44,406 bases of DNA from a virus (lineage: Duplodnaviria > Caudoviricetes): positions 1 to 44,406 of IMG/VR virus record IMGVR_UViG_3300031965_000059; one strand, written 5' to 3'. The notes beneath the pieces were generated by a model, which was not told the DNA's origin, ran no database searches, and saw nothing but the letters and a program-made list of their open reading frames with translations. Both the position numbers and the translations under genes were made by a program. Below are positions 9,759 to 18,403 of the stretch, piece by piece (position 1 is the stretch's first letter; the number at the start of each line of letters is the position of its first letter).

Positions 9759-10103
9759 CTAGAATATCTCCTCTCCGGCTGGCGCCTGCATGACTCCAGC
9801 GGGCGACGTCGGCTCTGGTTGCAGGTACGGCAACAGCGCCAGGCCGTGGGCCCCGAGTCGCTCCAGCGCCATCGCCGCCAGCGGCGTCTGCGGCGACGCC
9901 TGAGCGAGCGCGGCCGCTACTTCCTCGTGCGTCATCTCGAAGACGCGCTTCGCGAAGTCGCGCGGCGACACCTTTCGCGTGCCGACCGGCGTCGGCCCGG
10001 CGAGCGACGCCTGCAGGTATTCGACGTCCCCCTGCAGAAGCTCGTACAGGTCCTGCGCCAGCAGGTCGAGTTCGTGAACACCTCCGCGCCTGTTCGTGGC
10101 CAT
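9759..10103 (-). CDS. Hypothetical virion-region protein (114 aa)
   Basis: Coupled to the portal stop (TGATG) and to the next gene (TAG ATG). Confidence 0.6.
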   Translation of the reverse strand: MATNRRGGVHELDLLAQDLYELLQGDVEYLQASLAGPTPVGTRKVSPRDFAKRVFEMTHEEVAAALAQASPQTPLAAMALERLGAHGLALLPYLQPEPTSPAGVMQAPAGEEIF

Positions 10104-11935
10104 CAGACGAACGCCTGCGCTGTCAGCGGACGCTCCCCGCCGGGCTGTCGCGCCTCTCCCGGGTTCCTGCCGCCTTGCGGACGCGCCGTCGCCTCGTCAC
10201 CGTTCTGCGAGAACGCGCCGGCCAGCGCGGAACCGGCTGATCCGATGTCCCCCACCTCCTGCTGCGCCGCGGCGAAGAGCTCCTGCAGCGCCTCAAGCGG
10301 CGGCTGCCCGGAGATCGCCCGCTGCTCCAGGTACGCCTGAATCGCCGGCTGCTCCCTGATCCTGTCCAGCAGCACCATGCGGCGTTCCGCCTCCGGGTCG
10401 CGCACCCGCGACTCCCGCATCCCGCGCTCCTTCGACCACATGCCGGACTGGACCATCAGGACGTTGTGGGTGTCCCACGCGATCTTGTCCTGCAGCGTCT
10501 GGAAGCGGATATCGACCATGACGTCGGAGATCTTCGGAACGTCGCGGGGGGTCAGCACGGTCTCGGCAACGCGAGACCGGCCGCTGCGCTCTTCGAAGAC
10601 GAGCCCCGACACGCGCACCGGCGCCCGCACGGTGTCCTTCGTAAGCTCCAGGTACATCTTGCCCAGCTCGCCCAGCGTCATCTTTGCCTGGTCGACGCGC
10701 GGCTTCAGCACGGCCATGATGCGTTCGGCGACAGCCGAGAGCACGACGCCGGGCGTCCGCGTGCCCGCGAACTGCGGTACCGGCGAAAGCGTGAACCGCT
10801 CTGCGAGCTGCACCATCGAGTTGAACAGGTTGATCGCGCCACCGTCCAGCGGCGGAGAGACGAACTTCAGGTCCGAGCCCGGCGGCAGGTCGTGGTGCCG
10901 GCCGGCCTCGAAGTCGGTGATCACCGTCTCCGCGGCGGATGCCATCGTGCCGACCGCCTCATGCGTCGTCACGGGCGTCGGCGTGCTGGTCGCGGTCCCC
11001 TGCGCGACCAGTGTCGACAGGAACTGGTTCACCCACGGCTCCAGGTATTGCAACGGGTAGAGCACGCTCAGCGCCTGCAGGGTTGGGTCGGAGAACGCCA
11101 GCGCGCTCCCCGACGCCCACAGGTAGGGCAGCCGGCCCAGGTCGTTCTCGTACTGGAAGACGTTCCCGCCGATGCGCACGAAGACGTCCTGGTCGGTCCA
11201 GAGCTCGTCGACCTTGACGCGCGGCCCCAGTCGGAGGCCCGGCATGATCGTCGGCGTCGGTTCGTCCGCGCTGCGCACAACCTGAATGCTGCCGTTCAGA
11301 GAGGCGCGGAGCCCCATCTGCCGGAAGGCGTCCGCCGTCGGGCGAAGGCCCGTCTCGAGCGCGTAGCCACGGCCCCACTCCGACCGTGGCGGCTTGAAGG
11401 TCGCCCCGTCGACCACGCGCGTCTTGAACGGGACTGGCGGCGCGGCGCGCAGGTAGTCCTCCACGCGGTCGTTGTACTGCTCGTCCGACTCTTCCTCGTT
11501 GCGCTCCGGGAAGTCTGTCCACGCCCGGCGCAGCGTCTTGAACGCAACGAAGCCGTCCCCGATCAGCCCGTCCCAGAAGCGGTAGTACATCGCCGACTGC
11601 GACCATCGCTCCTGCCCGTCGAAGCAGAGCTGCAACCAGGTCCGCGCCCGCTGCGCGAGCTCCAGATCCGACGTCGCGACGTGGAACTCGGCACGCTCTT
11701 CGCCGGCCACCGCCCCGATCACCGTCTCGACCAGTCGGAAGCTGATCGGCACGCGCACGCCCTCTCCGAGATAGCGCTGATAAGCCTCCGGCGCCTTCGG
11801 CTTCAACCGCATGAACCGCTGCTTCCGCAAGCCGAGGATCAGGTTGTCGCGCTCGCGCGACTCCGCCTCGAGCCCCTGGATCGTTCGATCGACCCACGCC
11901 TTCACCTGGCCGCCGATTCTCTTCGGAGGAGTCAT
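10103..11935 (-). CDS. Portal protein
   Basis: About 610 aa from the ATGA overlap with the terminase stop (MTPPKRIGG...); position after terminase, size and Gln/Ala-rich C-terminal tail fit podovirus portals. Confidence 0.7.
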   Translation of the reverse strand: MTPPKRIGGQVKAWVDRTIQGLEAESRERDNLILGLRKQRFMRLKPKAPEAYQRYLGEGVRVPISFRLVETVIGAVAGEERAEFHVATSDLELAQRARTWLQLCFDGQERWSQSAMYYRFWDGLIGDGFVAFKTLRRAWTDFPERNEEESDEQYNDRVEDYLRAAPPVPFKTRVVDGATFKPPRSEWGRGYALETGLRPTADAFRQMGLRASLNGSIQVVRSADEPTPTIMPGLRLGPRVKVDELWTDQDVFVRIGGNVFQYENDLGRLPYLWASGSALAFSDPTLQALSVLYPLQYLEPWVNQFLSTLVAQGTATSTPTPVTTHEAVGTMASAAETVITDFEAGRHHDLPPGSDLKFVSPPLDGGAINLFNSMVQLAERFTLSPVPQFAGTRTPGVVLSAVAERIMAVLKPRVDQAKMTLGELGKMYLELTKDTVRAPVRVSGLVFEERSGRSRVAETVLTPRDVPKISDVMVDIRFQTLQDKIAWDTHNVLMVQSGMWSKERGMRESRVRDPEAERRMVLLDRIREQPAIQAYLEQRAISGQPPLEALQELFAAAQQEVGDIGSAGSALAGAFSQNGDEATARPQGGRNPGEARQPGGERPLTAQAFV

Positions 11936-13476
11936 TGGAATCGGTACCCCGTCACTGTGGCCGTTCGGCGCTGCACGCCGCGCATCCACTGGTGGCGCGT
12001 GAAGTAGTCCACGAGCCAGCACCCGACGCCCTTCAGTCCGTCGCAGTCGCGCTTCACCGGCTCGGTCCTGAGCGGCCGGCCGTCGGCGTCGGGGAAGTAG
12101 CGCCAGCTCTTCCACTCATGCGCGAAGTGCGGGCACGTCTCGGGGTTGAAGAAGAAGTTACAGCCACCGGTGTGCGGCCGCTCGAGGTAGTACCAGTACC
12201 GGTCGATGATCTGGTTCGGCGTCGGCGCCGGCTCCGCCATGCGCAGCTTGAGGCCGGTCTCTTCGTACCAGATATCGAGCGCCGACTTCGCGTTCCCCAT
12301 CCCGTGCTGGCGCGCCGCCCACGGGTCCATCACGCCGCCGACGACGTTGTCCCAGGCCGGCCGGCGCTTCACTTCGGCGATCACCGACTCGTGCGGCGTC
12401 TTCCGCGCGACCACCTCATCGATCACACAGATGTCATCTTCCTGAATCTGGATGAAGTGAACGGCGTAGTGCGACGGGTGCCAGCCGGGATCGATCGAGA
12501 TCTCAACGGGCAGCCTCTCGCCGTTCGCGGCCAGCGGCATCAGCCGGCGCCGCGAGTCGGCGCAGAACGGCAGCATCCCGCGGCGGAACGTCTTGTTGAA
12601 GACGAGCAGCTCCGAAGGCGCGGGTTTACCAAGCACACGGTGCGCAAACGTCGACGGCCGCAACGCCTTGCGCAGCGACGCGATCTCGAGGTTGTCGACG
12701 CCGCCGGGGAAGTCCTGCTTGTTCTCGTAGAGGGGTACGGCAATGCTCGAGCCAGACTCTTCGTTCGGCCACGCCTGCCACCGCTCGTACGCCGCCTGAA
12801 ACCACGGCGACGCATCTTCCAGTGTTCCCGAGAGCCATACGCGGCCGCGGCGCGTCGACACGCGGAGCCGCAGCTTCTCCAGCGGGTCCCGTGCGTTCAG
12901 GCCGGCCTCGACGACGAGGATCAGGTCCGGGGCCTCGGAGACCAGCGCGCGCTCGATGTCCCAGAGCGATCGCGTCTCAACGCGGCAGACCGTCTCCATC
13001 GTCTTCGGGTCGATGATGTCGATCGAGGACGGGCCCTTCTCGTTGATGCTCACCCGCTTCTTCGTGGTGATGCCGGCGTTCAGGCAGGCCTCCGCCATGT
13101 AGCTGAACTCCTTCATCGTGTCCCGGTACTGCGGGCCCGCGATCCAGATAAGCGTCGACACAGGCACCCAAGCCATCGCCTCCATCGCCGTCGCAACGCT
13201 CTTGCCGACGCGCTCGGCGCCGGAGCAGAGGACGAACGTCGCCGGGCTGTTGTGGGCCGACGAGAACGAGGGCCACGGGTGGTAGCCGGCGGCGCCACCC
13301 CCGATAGTAAGAAGCCGCAGTCTTGACCAGACCGCGGTTCGCATCTCGCTATCCGGGGCACGAAGCCCCACCTCAGCGCGGCGCTGCCAGATCGTCCTGC
13401 TGTCGGGTCGGCTCAGTACGGCCAGCGGATCCCGCTCCAACTCCGTCGTCGCCTCCCGCAGCGTGGGTGCGGCCAT
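11932..13476 (-). CDS. terL: Terminase large subunit
   Basis: Walker A GAERVGKS, Walker B-like PDLILVVE, motif III LSGT, RNase H-like nuclease SIDPG...VIDE; AAGGA SD before ATG 13476. Confidence 0.88.
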   Translation of the reverse strand: MAAPTLREATTELERDPLAVLSRPDSRTIWQRRAEVGLRAPDSEMRTAVWSRLRLLTIGGGAAGYHPWPSFSSAHNSPATFVLCSGAERVGKSVATAMEAMAWVPVSTLIWIAGPQYRDTMKEFSYMAEACLNAGITTKKRVSINEKGPSSIDIIDPKTMETVCRVETRSLWDIERALVSEAPDLILVVEAGLNARDPLEKLRLRVSTRRGRVWLSGTLEDASPWFQAAYERWQAWPNEESGSSIAVPLYENKQDFPGGVDNLEIASLRKALRPSTFAHRVLGKPAPSELLVFNKTFRRGMLPFCADSRRRLMPLAANGERLPVEISIDPGWHPSHYAVHFIQIQEDDICVIDEVVARKTPHESVIAEVKRRPAWDNVVGGVMDPWAARQHGMGNAKSALDIWYEETGLKLRMAEPAPTPNQIIDRYWYYLERPHTGGCNFFFNPETCPHFAHEWKSWRYFPDADGRPLRTEPVKRDCDGLKGVGCWLVDYFTRHQWMRGVQRRTATVTGYRFQ

Positions 13477-13804
13477 TTCCAGCATCCTTCTCGATCTTGT
13501 CGAAGAAGTCGTCCATCTCGGCTTCGTGCGCCATCGGCGACCGCTCGGCCGGACGTTCCGGGACCCTCCCCTTCGCCTGCTTCAGCAGCAGGTCGGCGAG
13601 CTTGTTCACGTCGATCGCGTCCTTTTCGTAGATCGCCCGGATCAGGTCGAGCACCTTGAACGCGCCCTCCATGTCGGCGATCTTGCCGCTCGCGATCGAC
13701 GTCTTCAAGGCCTGCGCCACCGCCGGCAGCGTCGGCGCGAGCAGCTCGTTCACCACGAGCTCGAAGAGCGCATCGCGCCGGCTGATCGCGTTCGGCGCCG
13801 TCAT
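13373..13804 (-). CDS. Putative terminase small subunit
   Basis: Helical protein of about 143 aa directly upstream of, and overlapping, terL; ATGA-coupled start. Positional call. Confidence 0.45.
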   Translation of the reverse strand: MTAPNAISRRDALFELVVNELLAPTLPAVAQALKTSIASGKIADMEGAFKVLDLIRAIYEKDAIDVNKLADLLLKQAKGRVPERPAERSPMAHEAEMDDFFDKIEKDAGNGRTHAAGGDDGVGAGSAGRTEPTRQQDDLAAPR

Positions 13805-14040
13805 CGCAGTGAGTGGATGACTTCCAGTTGGTCGATGCCGATGTCCCGCGGCAGGACCAGCGCACCGTTCTCGGCCCGCCGCACCACCTGCCCCGAACAC
13901 CGCGCCCCGAACATCCGGCGCTGCGCGCCCGTCAGAGGCGCTCCGTCGACCTGGCCGTCCTCGAGGATCTTGCAGGCCTTCTCTTGCGACATGTCGAGCT
14001 GCCCCGGCATGTCCATCATCTCCCCCTGTTCGTCAGCCAC
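13801..14040 (-). CDS. Hypothetical protein (79 aa)
   Basis: Coupled overlaps on both sides; KACKILEDGQVDGAPLTGAQRRMFGA resembles a small phage protein motif. Confidence 0.6.
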   Translation of the reverse strand: MADEQGEMMDMPGQLDMSQEKACKILEDGQVDGAPLTGAQRRMFGARCSGQVVRRAENGALVLPRDIGIDQLEVIHSLR

Positions 14041-14359
14041 GCGGCACCGCCCCCCGTCCCTCGCCCTCGAGCAGCACGACGTACTCCTCGAGGCCTCTGC
14101 CCGACCCCCACCGCTCTTCGCAGTAGGACAGGTGGGCGTTGAACGTCTGCGTGAGCCAGCGGTCGACCGCGTCCGCGCCCGGCCTATTCGGCGGCAGCAG
14201 CCCTTCCGGGATCCACGTCACCGGCGTCCGCGCCGCGATCGGCGGCTCCGTACTCTCCGATGCCTCCGGGCTCTCCGGCCCCTCCGGCGTCGTCAGCTCC
14301 GGACCCGTCTCCACCGGCGTCCCCGGCAGCTGGTTCCCCGGCTCCTCGCCCTGACCCAT
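14033..14359 (-). CDS. Hypothetical Pro/Glu-rich protein
   Basis: 108-aa ORF with an 8-nt overlap to the next gene; overlaps the upstream ORF by about 176 nt. Confidence 0.45.
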   Translation of the reverse strand: MGQGEEPGNQLPGTPVETGPELTTPEGPESPEASESTEPPIAARTPVTWIPEGLLPPNRPGADAVDRWLTQTFNAHLSYCEERWGSGRGLEEYVVLLEGEGRGAVPRG

Positions 14360-14579
14360 GCTTCGCCCTCGCTTTCCGCTCCCGGAAGTCCTCTTCCTTC
14401 ATCGCCCTCAGCTCCAGGAAGACCTCCTCCAGGCTGTTCGCCGACGGCACCACTTCCACCGCCTGCGCCCCCGACAACCCGAACTGCCGCCGCAACTCCG
14501 CCTCCGCCCACGCCCCAATCGCCTGCCCGGACCGCAGCACCACCGGCGCCGCCTCCGGCGTCTTCGTCCCTTGCGTCAC
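14184..14579 (-). CDS. Hypothetical protein
   Basis: GTGA-coupled start after a GGAGG SD; N-terminal half looks protein-like. Confidence 0.45.
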   Translation of the reverse strand: MTQGTKTPEAAPVVLRSGQAIGAWAEAELRRQFGLSGAQAVEVVPSANSLEEVFLELRAMKEEDFRERKARAKHGSGRGAGEPAAGDAGGDGSGADDAGGAGEPGGIGEYGAADRGADAGDVDPGRAAAAE

Positions 14580-14869
14580 TTCATCGCCTCCTGCAAGACT
14601 TCCCACGGGCTCCGCCCACCAAACGGCACGCCCGGCGCCCCCGCGGCAGCACCCTCCACCACCGCTCCCGCCTCCGCCCGCTTCGCCGCGCCCGTCCGAC
14701 GCGAACGCGCCGCCCCCCGCCGGCCACCGAAGATCTCATCGATCGCCGCCGTAAACGGCCCCTTGAACTCTCGCTGTGGCGTGATGAACGGAGTGCCTGG
14801 CGGTCGCGGAGGACGGCGGCTGTATCGCGGTGGACGACGGCTGTATGGACTAAGGGGTTGGGTGGCCAA
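14576..14869 (-). CDS. Hypothetical basic protein, first gene of the late operon
   Basis: TTG start after GGAGG; Arg/Pro-rich with duplicated YSRRPPR. Confidence 0.45.
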   Translation of the reverse strand: MATQPLSPYSRRPPRYSRRPPRPPGTPFITPQREFKGPFTAAIDEIFGGRRGAARSRRTGAAKRAEAGAVVEGAAAGAPGVPFGGRSPWEVLQEAMK

Positions 14870-14913
14870 GACCAGTACACCCTCCGAAAAGAGGACGCAC
14901 CGACCTCGCCGTC

Positions 14914-14944
14914 ATCATAACACCAAACCCACCCTTCCCCGCAA
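14914..14944 (-). promoter_or_regulatory. Putative late-operon promoter (extended -10)
   Basis: TGtTATGAT extended -10 with TTGCGG 19 nt upstream, just ahead of the first late gene. Confidence 0.4.
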
Positions 14945-15237
14945 GAGGGAAGGAAACGGGACGCTGGAAGGGCAGCAGTAGTAGCGTGGGGAGCCGAGGG
15001 GCCTGGGGTCTTTTGCCTCGGTCCGTCGAAGATCGGCGCTTGGGTCGATATAGACCTCCCGGCCAGACTCGCCGGTCCTGTCCGGCGGTAGACTCAGAGG
15101 CCAAGCCAGCGCATCTGGCCATTCGGTCGGTACCAGATACATAACCGCCGGTCGATCCAGCAGCTCCGAAAGGGTGAAGTCTACTTCCTGAATTGCATTT
15201 GTGGTAAGGCCTCCCGCGTGGGGTGTGTAAATTGCCC

Positions 15238-15493
15238 CTAACGTTGTCACCATGTCCCATGACAACGAGGGACAACGTCGGGCCGAAAAAGGTTGTCACC
15301 GAAAAGTGCTCTCCCCCCCTCCGCTCACATCTACGATATAGTTAACATGTTAACACATATCGTATCTAACGTTGTCACCCTTGTCCCCGCGTTGTCACCG
15401 TTTCTTGAGACAGCGTAGGGGGATGAGCAATAATGGTCATGTTGAATCTGAGGAGCTGGGGGGGGTAGGGGTGACAGGGTGACAGGGTGACAG
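15238..15493. repeat. Iteron-like repeats and AT-rich palindrome; candidate replication origin or packaging/terminus site
   Basis: GTTGTCACC at 15243, 15292, 15371, 15391; GACAAC at 15261, 15271; GGTGACAG x3 at 15470-15493; palindrome TACGATAT-a-GTTAACATGTTAAC-ac-ATATCGTA at 15332-15364; G/C skew flips here. Confidence 0.6.
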
Positions 15494-15545
15494 GGGTTAG
15501 TTAATGCTTCGGGAATTGTGTATCTGAATGATAAGGGAGGTTAGC

Positions 15546-15893
15546 ATGAAGGTCGTAGGAGTGGCGCTGGTGCTCGGGGTGGTGCTGGCCGGGTGTGCTG
15601 GGGGGTCGGGGCCGGGAGGTGGCGTGGCGCCGGCGTCGACGGTGGACCGTGCGCGGCTGTCGGAAGAGCAGGCGCGGGCGGTGTTGGTGGACGAGGTGTG
15701 CGCGATCATGCCGGGGCTGCTGGAGGAGCTGGAGGTGCGCTACGACGGGGATGGCTGGTGGTCGGCGGAGATGGCGGCCGGCGTGCATCCGGGGGCCCGG
15801 TTCCGGCTGGATGAGCGCTCGGGCGTGGTGTACCGGGAGAACGCGGCGGCGCGGCTGTTCGCGCGGACGTGCGCGCCGGAACGGCTGCGCTGA
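15546..15893 (+). CDS. Lipoprotein (possible superinfection exclusion)
   Basis: AGGGAGG SD; MKVVGVALVLGVVLAG-C signal peptide with LAGC lipobox. Confidence 0.7.
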   Translation: MKVVGVALVLGVVLAGCAGGSGPGGGVAPASTVDRARLSEEQARAVLVDEVCAIMPGLLEELEVRYDGDGWWSAEMAAGVHPGARFRLDERSGVVYRENAAARLFARTCAPERLR

Positions 15894-15934
15894 TTCCTGA
15901 ACGAGATTTCAGGTAAACTGGCCGGCCAGGGGGC

Positions 15935-15964
15935 TTGACAAGTCGTACGCTGTCGGAGTAGACT
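15935..15964 (+). promoter_or_regulatory. Putative sigma70-type promoter
   Basis: TTGACA-N18-TAGACT upstream of the plus-strand small-gene cluster. Confidence 0.55.
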
Positions 15965-16035
15965 TGTGCTACATAGTAGCAGTTGCCTGGACGGTGTTAG
16001 GGCGCCGTCGGGCGAGCGACTGGAAGGAGTGCTTC

Positions 16036-16257
16036 ATGGACAAGCTGGCGTGGATTCAGGAGCGATTGGCTGAAGGGCGAACAGTGTACGTCTGCACGTA
16101 CACACGGGCGACGAAGATCACCCCGAAGGCGGCGAAGCGATGGGCGGATGCCGGGCTCGCGCTGTTCAAGGTCGATGGCCGGGGGTCGCTGCTGATGGCC
16201 CGCGGTAAGCACTACGACTGCATCGACGGCTGCGCGCTGCGAGCGGGGCAATCATGA
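16036..16257 (+). CDS. Hypothetical protein (73 aa)
   Basis: GAAGGAG SD before ATG 16036; ATGA-coupled to the next gene. Confidence 0.7.
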   Translation: MDKLAWIQERLAEGRTVYVCTYTRATKITPKAAKRWADAGLALFKVDGRGSLLMARGKHYDCIDGCALRAGQS

Positions 16258-16466
16258 ACAAGCGACGCGCAATTCTGAACCTGATAGCCCTAGATGTGGC
16301 CGAGCATGGCAAGCTCTCGCGTGACGGTATCCGGCTCTACGTCGAGAACCGCATAAGCTGGGAGGCCATCCAGCCGTACATCCAGGCAGGGCAGGCCATC
16401 TACGACCGCAGGCCCGGTTGCGACTGCGAGGGCGCTTGCAAGATCGTTGACATGCCTATGGCGTAG
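16254..16466 (+). CDS. Hypothetical protein (70 aa)
   Basis: ATGA overlap; protein-like composition. Confidence 0.65.
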   Translation: MNKRRAILNLIALDVAEHGKLSRDGIRLYVENRISWEAIQPYIQAGQAIYDRRPGCDCEGACKIVDMPMA

Positions 16467-16539
16467 GGCGTTCGTTGGGAAGGGTGCGCGCCCCGGTTTA
16501 GGGACCGGGGCGCGCGTGGACAACAGAAGGAGTGCTTCC

Positions 16540-17037
16540 GTGTCCGAGAACATTCTACCATCGTGGATCAAGCGCCCGGTTCCCGAGAGCCGGCCGCGTG
16601 AAGAGCACGAGCTGATCGACACAACGGGTTTCGATGAGGCAAGGCGGGACATCGACGCAGAGCTGGAGCTCGTCGACGAGCTGCTGCAGTCGCCGCGGAT
16701 CAATGGCGGCCGGGGCGCCGTCGAAGCGCGCCGGCATGAGCTGGTCGCCGAACGAGCGATCCTAGACGCAGTCGAGGGCTTCCCGCTGGCACCTTCGGCT
16801 ATCGCCGCGCTCGAACAGGAACAGGCGACGCTGGAGTTTGAGGTCGAGCGCCGGAAGATCGGGTTCAATGGACGCGCGGGCTACACGCAGGCCGCGCTAT
16901 CCCGGCAACGCAGACTCGGGCAAGGCGCCACGCTCGCAGAGAGTCGTATCGCTGGCGCTCCGGGCGAGCTGGCCGCGCGGCTCGCCATGATCGCGGCGCT
17001 AATGCCGGCGCTGGTCGACAGGACATTCAGCGCATGA
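16540..17037 (+). CDS. Hypothetical coiled-coil protein
   Basis: AGAAGGAG SD before GTG 16540; ATGA-coupled to the next gene. Confidence 0.65.
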   Translation: MSENILPSWIKRPVPESRPREEHELIDTTGFDEARRDIDAELELVDELLQSPRINGGRGAVEARRHELVAERAILDAVEGFPLAPSAIAALEQEQATLEFEVERRKIGFNGRAGYTQAALSRQRRLGQGATLAESRIAGAPGELAARLAMIAALMPALVDRTFSA

Positions 17038-17591
17038 GCCGCTTCACGGTCAAGCAGCTCGACATCTTCGGCCGGGAGCATGACACGTTCCTTGCCGAGA
17101 ACGAACGAGACGAGACGCAGGCGCGCTTGCCTGTCAGCGAAGGGAGAACGACGGTGCAGACGTTCGACGTGTACGTTACGGAGCTCTGGACGCGGCGCTA
17201 CAGCGTCGATGCGGAGAGCGAAGAGGCGGCGATAGCGATGGTCAAGGATCAGGGCGATGACGTGATGGCGGTCCAGCTCGGGAAGGTGCCGGGCATGAGC
17301 GTCGGGGACCCGGAGCTCGAAACGACATTCGACCCCGACGGTACCGAGGTCGACGCGAAGGCCCTCTGCTGGACGGTCGAGAAATCACAGCACAACATCT
17401 CGCTGCCGACCGAGGTAGCACCGGGGGACTTTGTGGCCGTTGGTGGTGTCGTCGAGTACTACGAAGACCCGGTCGACGTGCTGGCGGAGATCATCGAGGG
17501 GCTCGACGCAGGCGGCGAGCAGAGCCGCGCGTTCGCCAGTGAGATCAGGCGCGGTCGCGCGGCCGTCGCGCAGGCGAGGCGGGCGTCATGA
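17034..17591 (+). CDS. Hypothetical acidic protein
   Basis: 185 aa; coupled on both sides; contains YSVDAESEEAA. Confidence 0.65.
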   Translation: MSRFTVKQLDIFGREHDTFLAENERDETQARLPVSEGRTTVQTFDVYVTELWTRRYSVDAESEEAAIAMVKDQGDDVMAVQLGKVPGMSVGDPELETTFDPDGTEVDAKALCWTVEKSQHNISLPTEVAPGDFVAVGGVVEYYEDPVDVLAEIIEGLDAGGEQSRAFASEIRRGRAAVAQARRAS

Positions 17592-17770
17592 CGGGCGAGC
17601 AGGTTCGAGAGGGGCGCCGGGGCCGGGGCTGGACGCAGGAGCGCCTGGCCTCGGCTCTCGGCGTGTCGGTGGCGACGGTGCAGTCGTGGGAGCAGGGCCG
17701 GCGAGGGGTTCCCCAGATGGCCGAGCGCCTGATGCGCCGGCTCGGGCTACGCTGGACGCTCGATACCTAA
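17588..17770 (+). CDS. XRE-family helix-turn-helix protein
   Basis: RGWTQERLASALGVSVATVQSWEQGRR is a canonical Cro/CI-type HTH. Confidence 0.85.
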   Translation: MTGEQVREGRRGRGWTQERLASALGVSVATVQSWEQGRRGVPQMAERLMRRLGLRWTLDT

Positions 17771-17822
17771 GTTTCGAAGCGAGGGGCGAAGCGATACTTT
17801 TGCAGGCGAGAGTATCGAGGGG

Positions 17823-18092
17823 TTAGCAGTCGCAGCGCCAGTACGCGCCGCAGGTGGCGCAAAGGTGGCCGTCGGGCGGGTCTACGAGCGCGATCGTGGG
17901 GTGCGTGGTGCCGTCGGGGTCGGAGACAAAGGCATCGGGCACGGGCATCCGGAGCGGTGGGTGAAGCGTTTCGCGGGTTCGGCGCTGGTTGTAGGCACGG
18001 CGGGCATCATCCAATATGGTCTCGAACCGCTGGCGTTCCGCTAGCAGTTGTGACACCCAGTCCTCGATCGGCGGCAGCTCCGAGGGGATCAT
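17823..18092 (-). CDS. Hypothetical protein with C-terminal Cys cluster
   Basis: ATGA-coupled; ends HLCATCGAYWRCDC. Confidence 0.55.
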   Translation of the reverse strand: MIPSELPPIEDWVSQLLAERQRFETILDDARRAYNQRRTRETLHPPLRMPVPDAFVSDPDGTTHPTIALVDPPDGHLCATCGAYWRCDC

Positions 18093-18328
18093 CGCGGCGG
18101 CTTCCTGTCCTTAGCAAAGAATGCCTCCCGATTGCGCGTGATCCGTTCGTGTTCGAGCTCCTCTGCTCGCTCGTCCCACTCCTCCGGCTTCGGCTTGTAG
18201 GCGCGGCAGAAGGGGCAGCTGACGCCATGCTCCGTTCGCCACCAGGTGTGCCGTCCGAAGCGGCAGAATAGACGGCCAACGAGGATTCGTACGCGCGACA
18301 GCTTACGGTAGGCAATCAATCCAAGCAC
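18089..18328 (-). CDS. Hypothetical small Zn-binding protein
   Basis: GGAGGAGG SD; LFCRFGRHTW...CPFC motif. Confidence 0.6.
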   Translation of the reverse strand: MLGLIAYRKLSRVRILVGRLFCRFGRHTWWRTEHGVSCPFCRAYKPKPEEWDERAEELEHERITRNREAFFAKDRKPPR

Positions 18329-18355
18329 CTCCTCCGGAAGAAGAACAAGGGCGAT

Positions 18356-18395
18356 TCCGCCGGAACCGGCATTCTCACGCCCCTGAATCGAAATC
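18356..18395 (-). repeat. 40-bp conserved motif, copy A (8 nt downstream of the recombinase 1 stop)
   Basis: Minus strand GATTTCGATTCAGGGGCGTGAGAATGCCGGTTCCGGCGGA; 33/40 identical to 35908-35947. Confidence 0.8.
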
Positions 18396-18403
18396 TGAGG
18401 CCA

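Noticed and set aside
253-13326. Long plus-strand ORFs opposite the late genes (e.g. 4214..6121, 10466..12007, 11935..13326)
   Set aside because: Antisense shadows typical of high-GC DNA; no motifs or SD, and they fully overlap recognisable minus-strand genes.
14915-15265. 116-aa minus-strand ORF next to the iteron locus
   Set aside because: Starts inside the repeats, has no SD, and runs into the putative late promoter; support is too weak, and the region also has several small hairpins.
16447-16480. TTGACA at 16447 as a promoter
   Set aside because: No acceptable -10 box at 16-18 nt spacing.
17771-17792. Third copy of the 40-bp recombinase-associated motif (TTTCGAAGCGAGGGGCG)
   Set aside because: Only a short gapped match; the conserved 15-bp block is absent.
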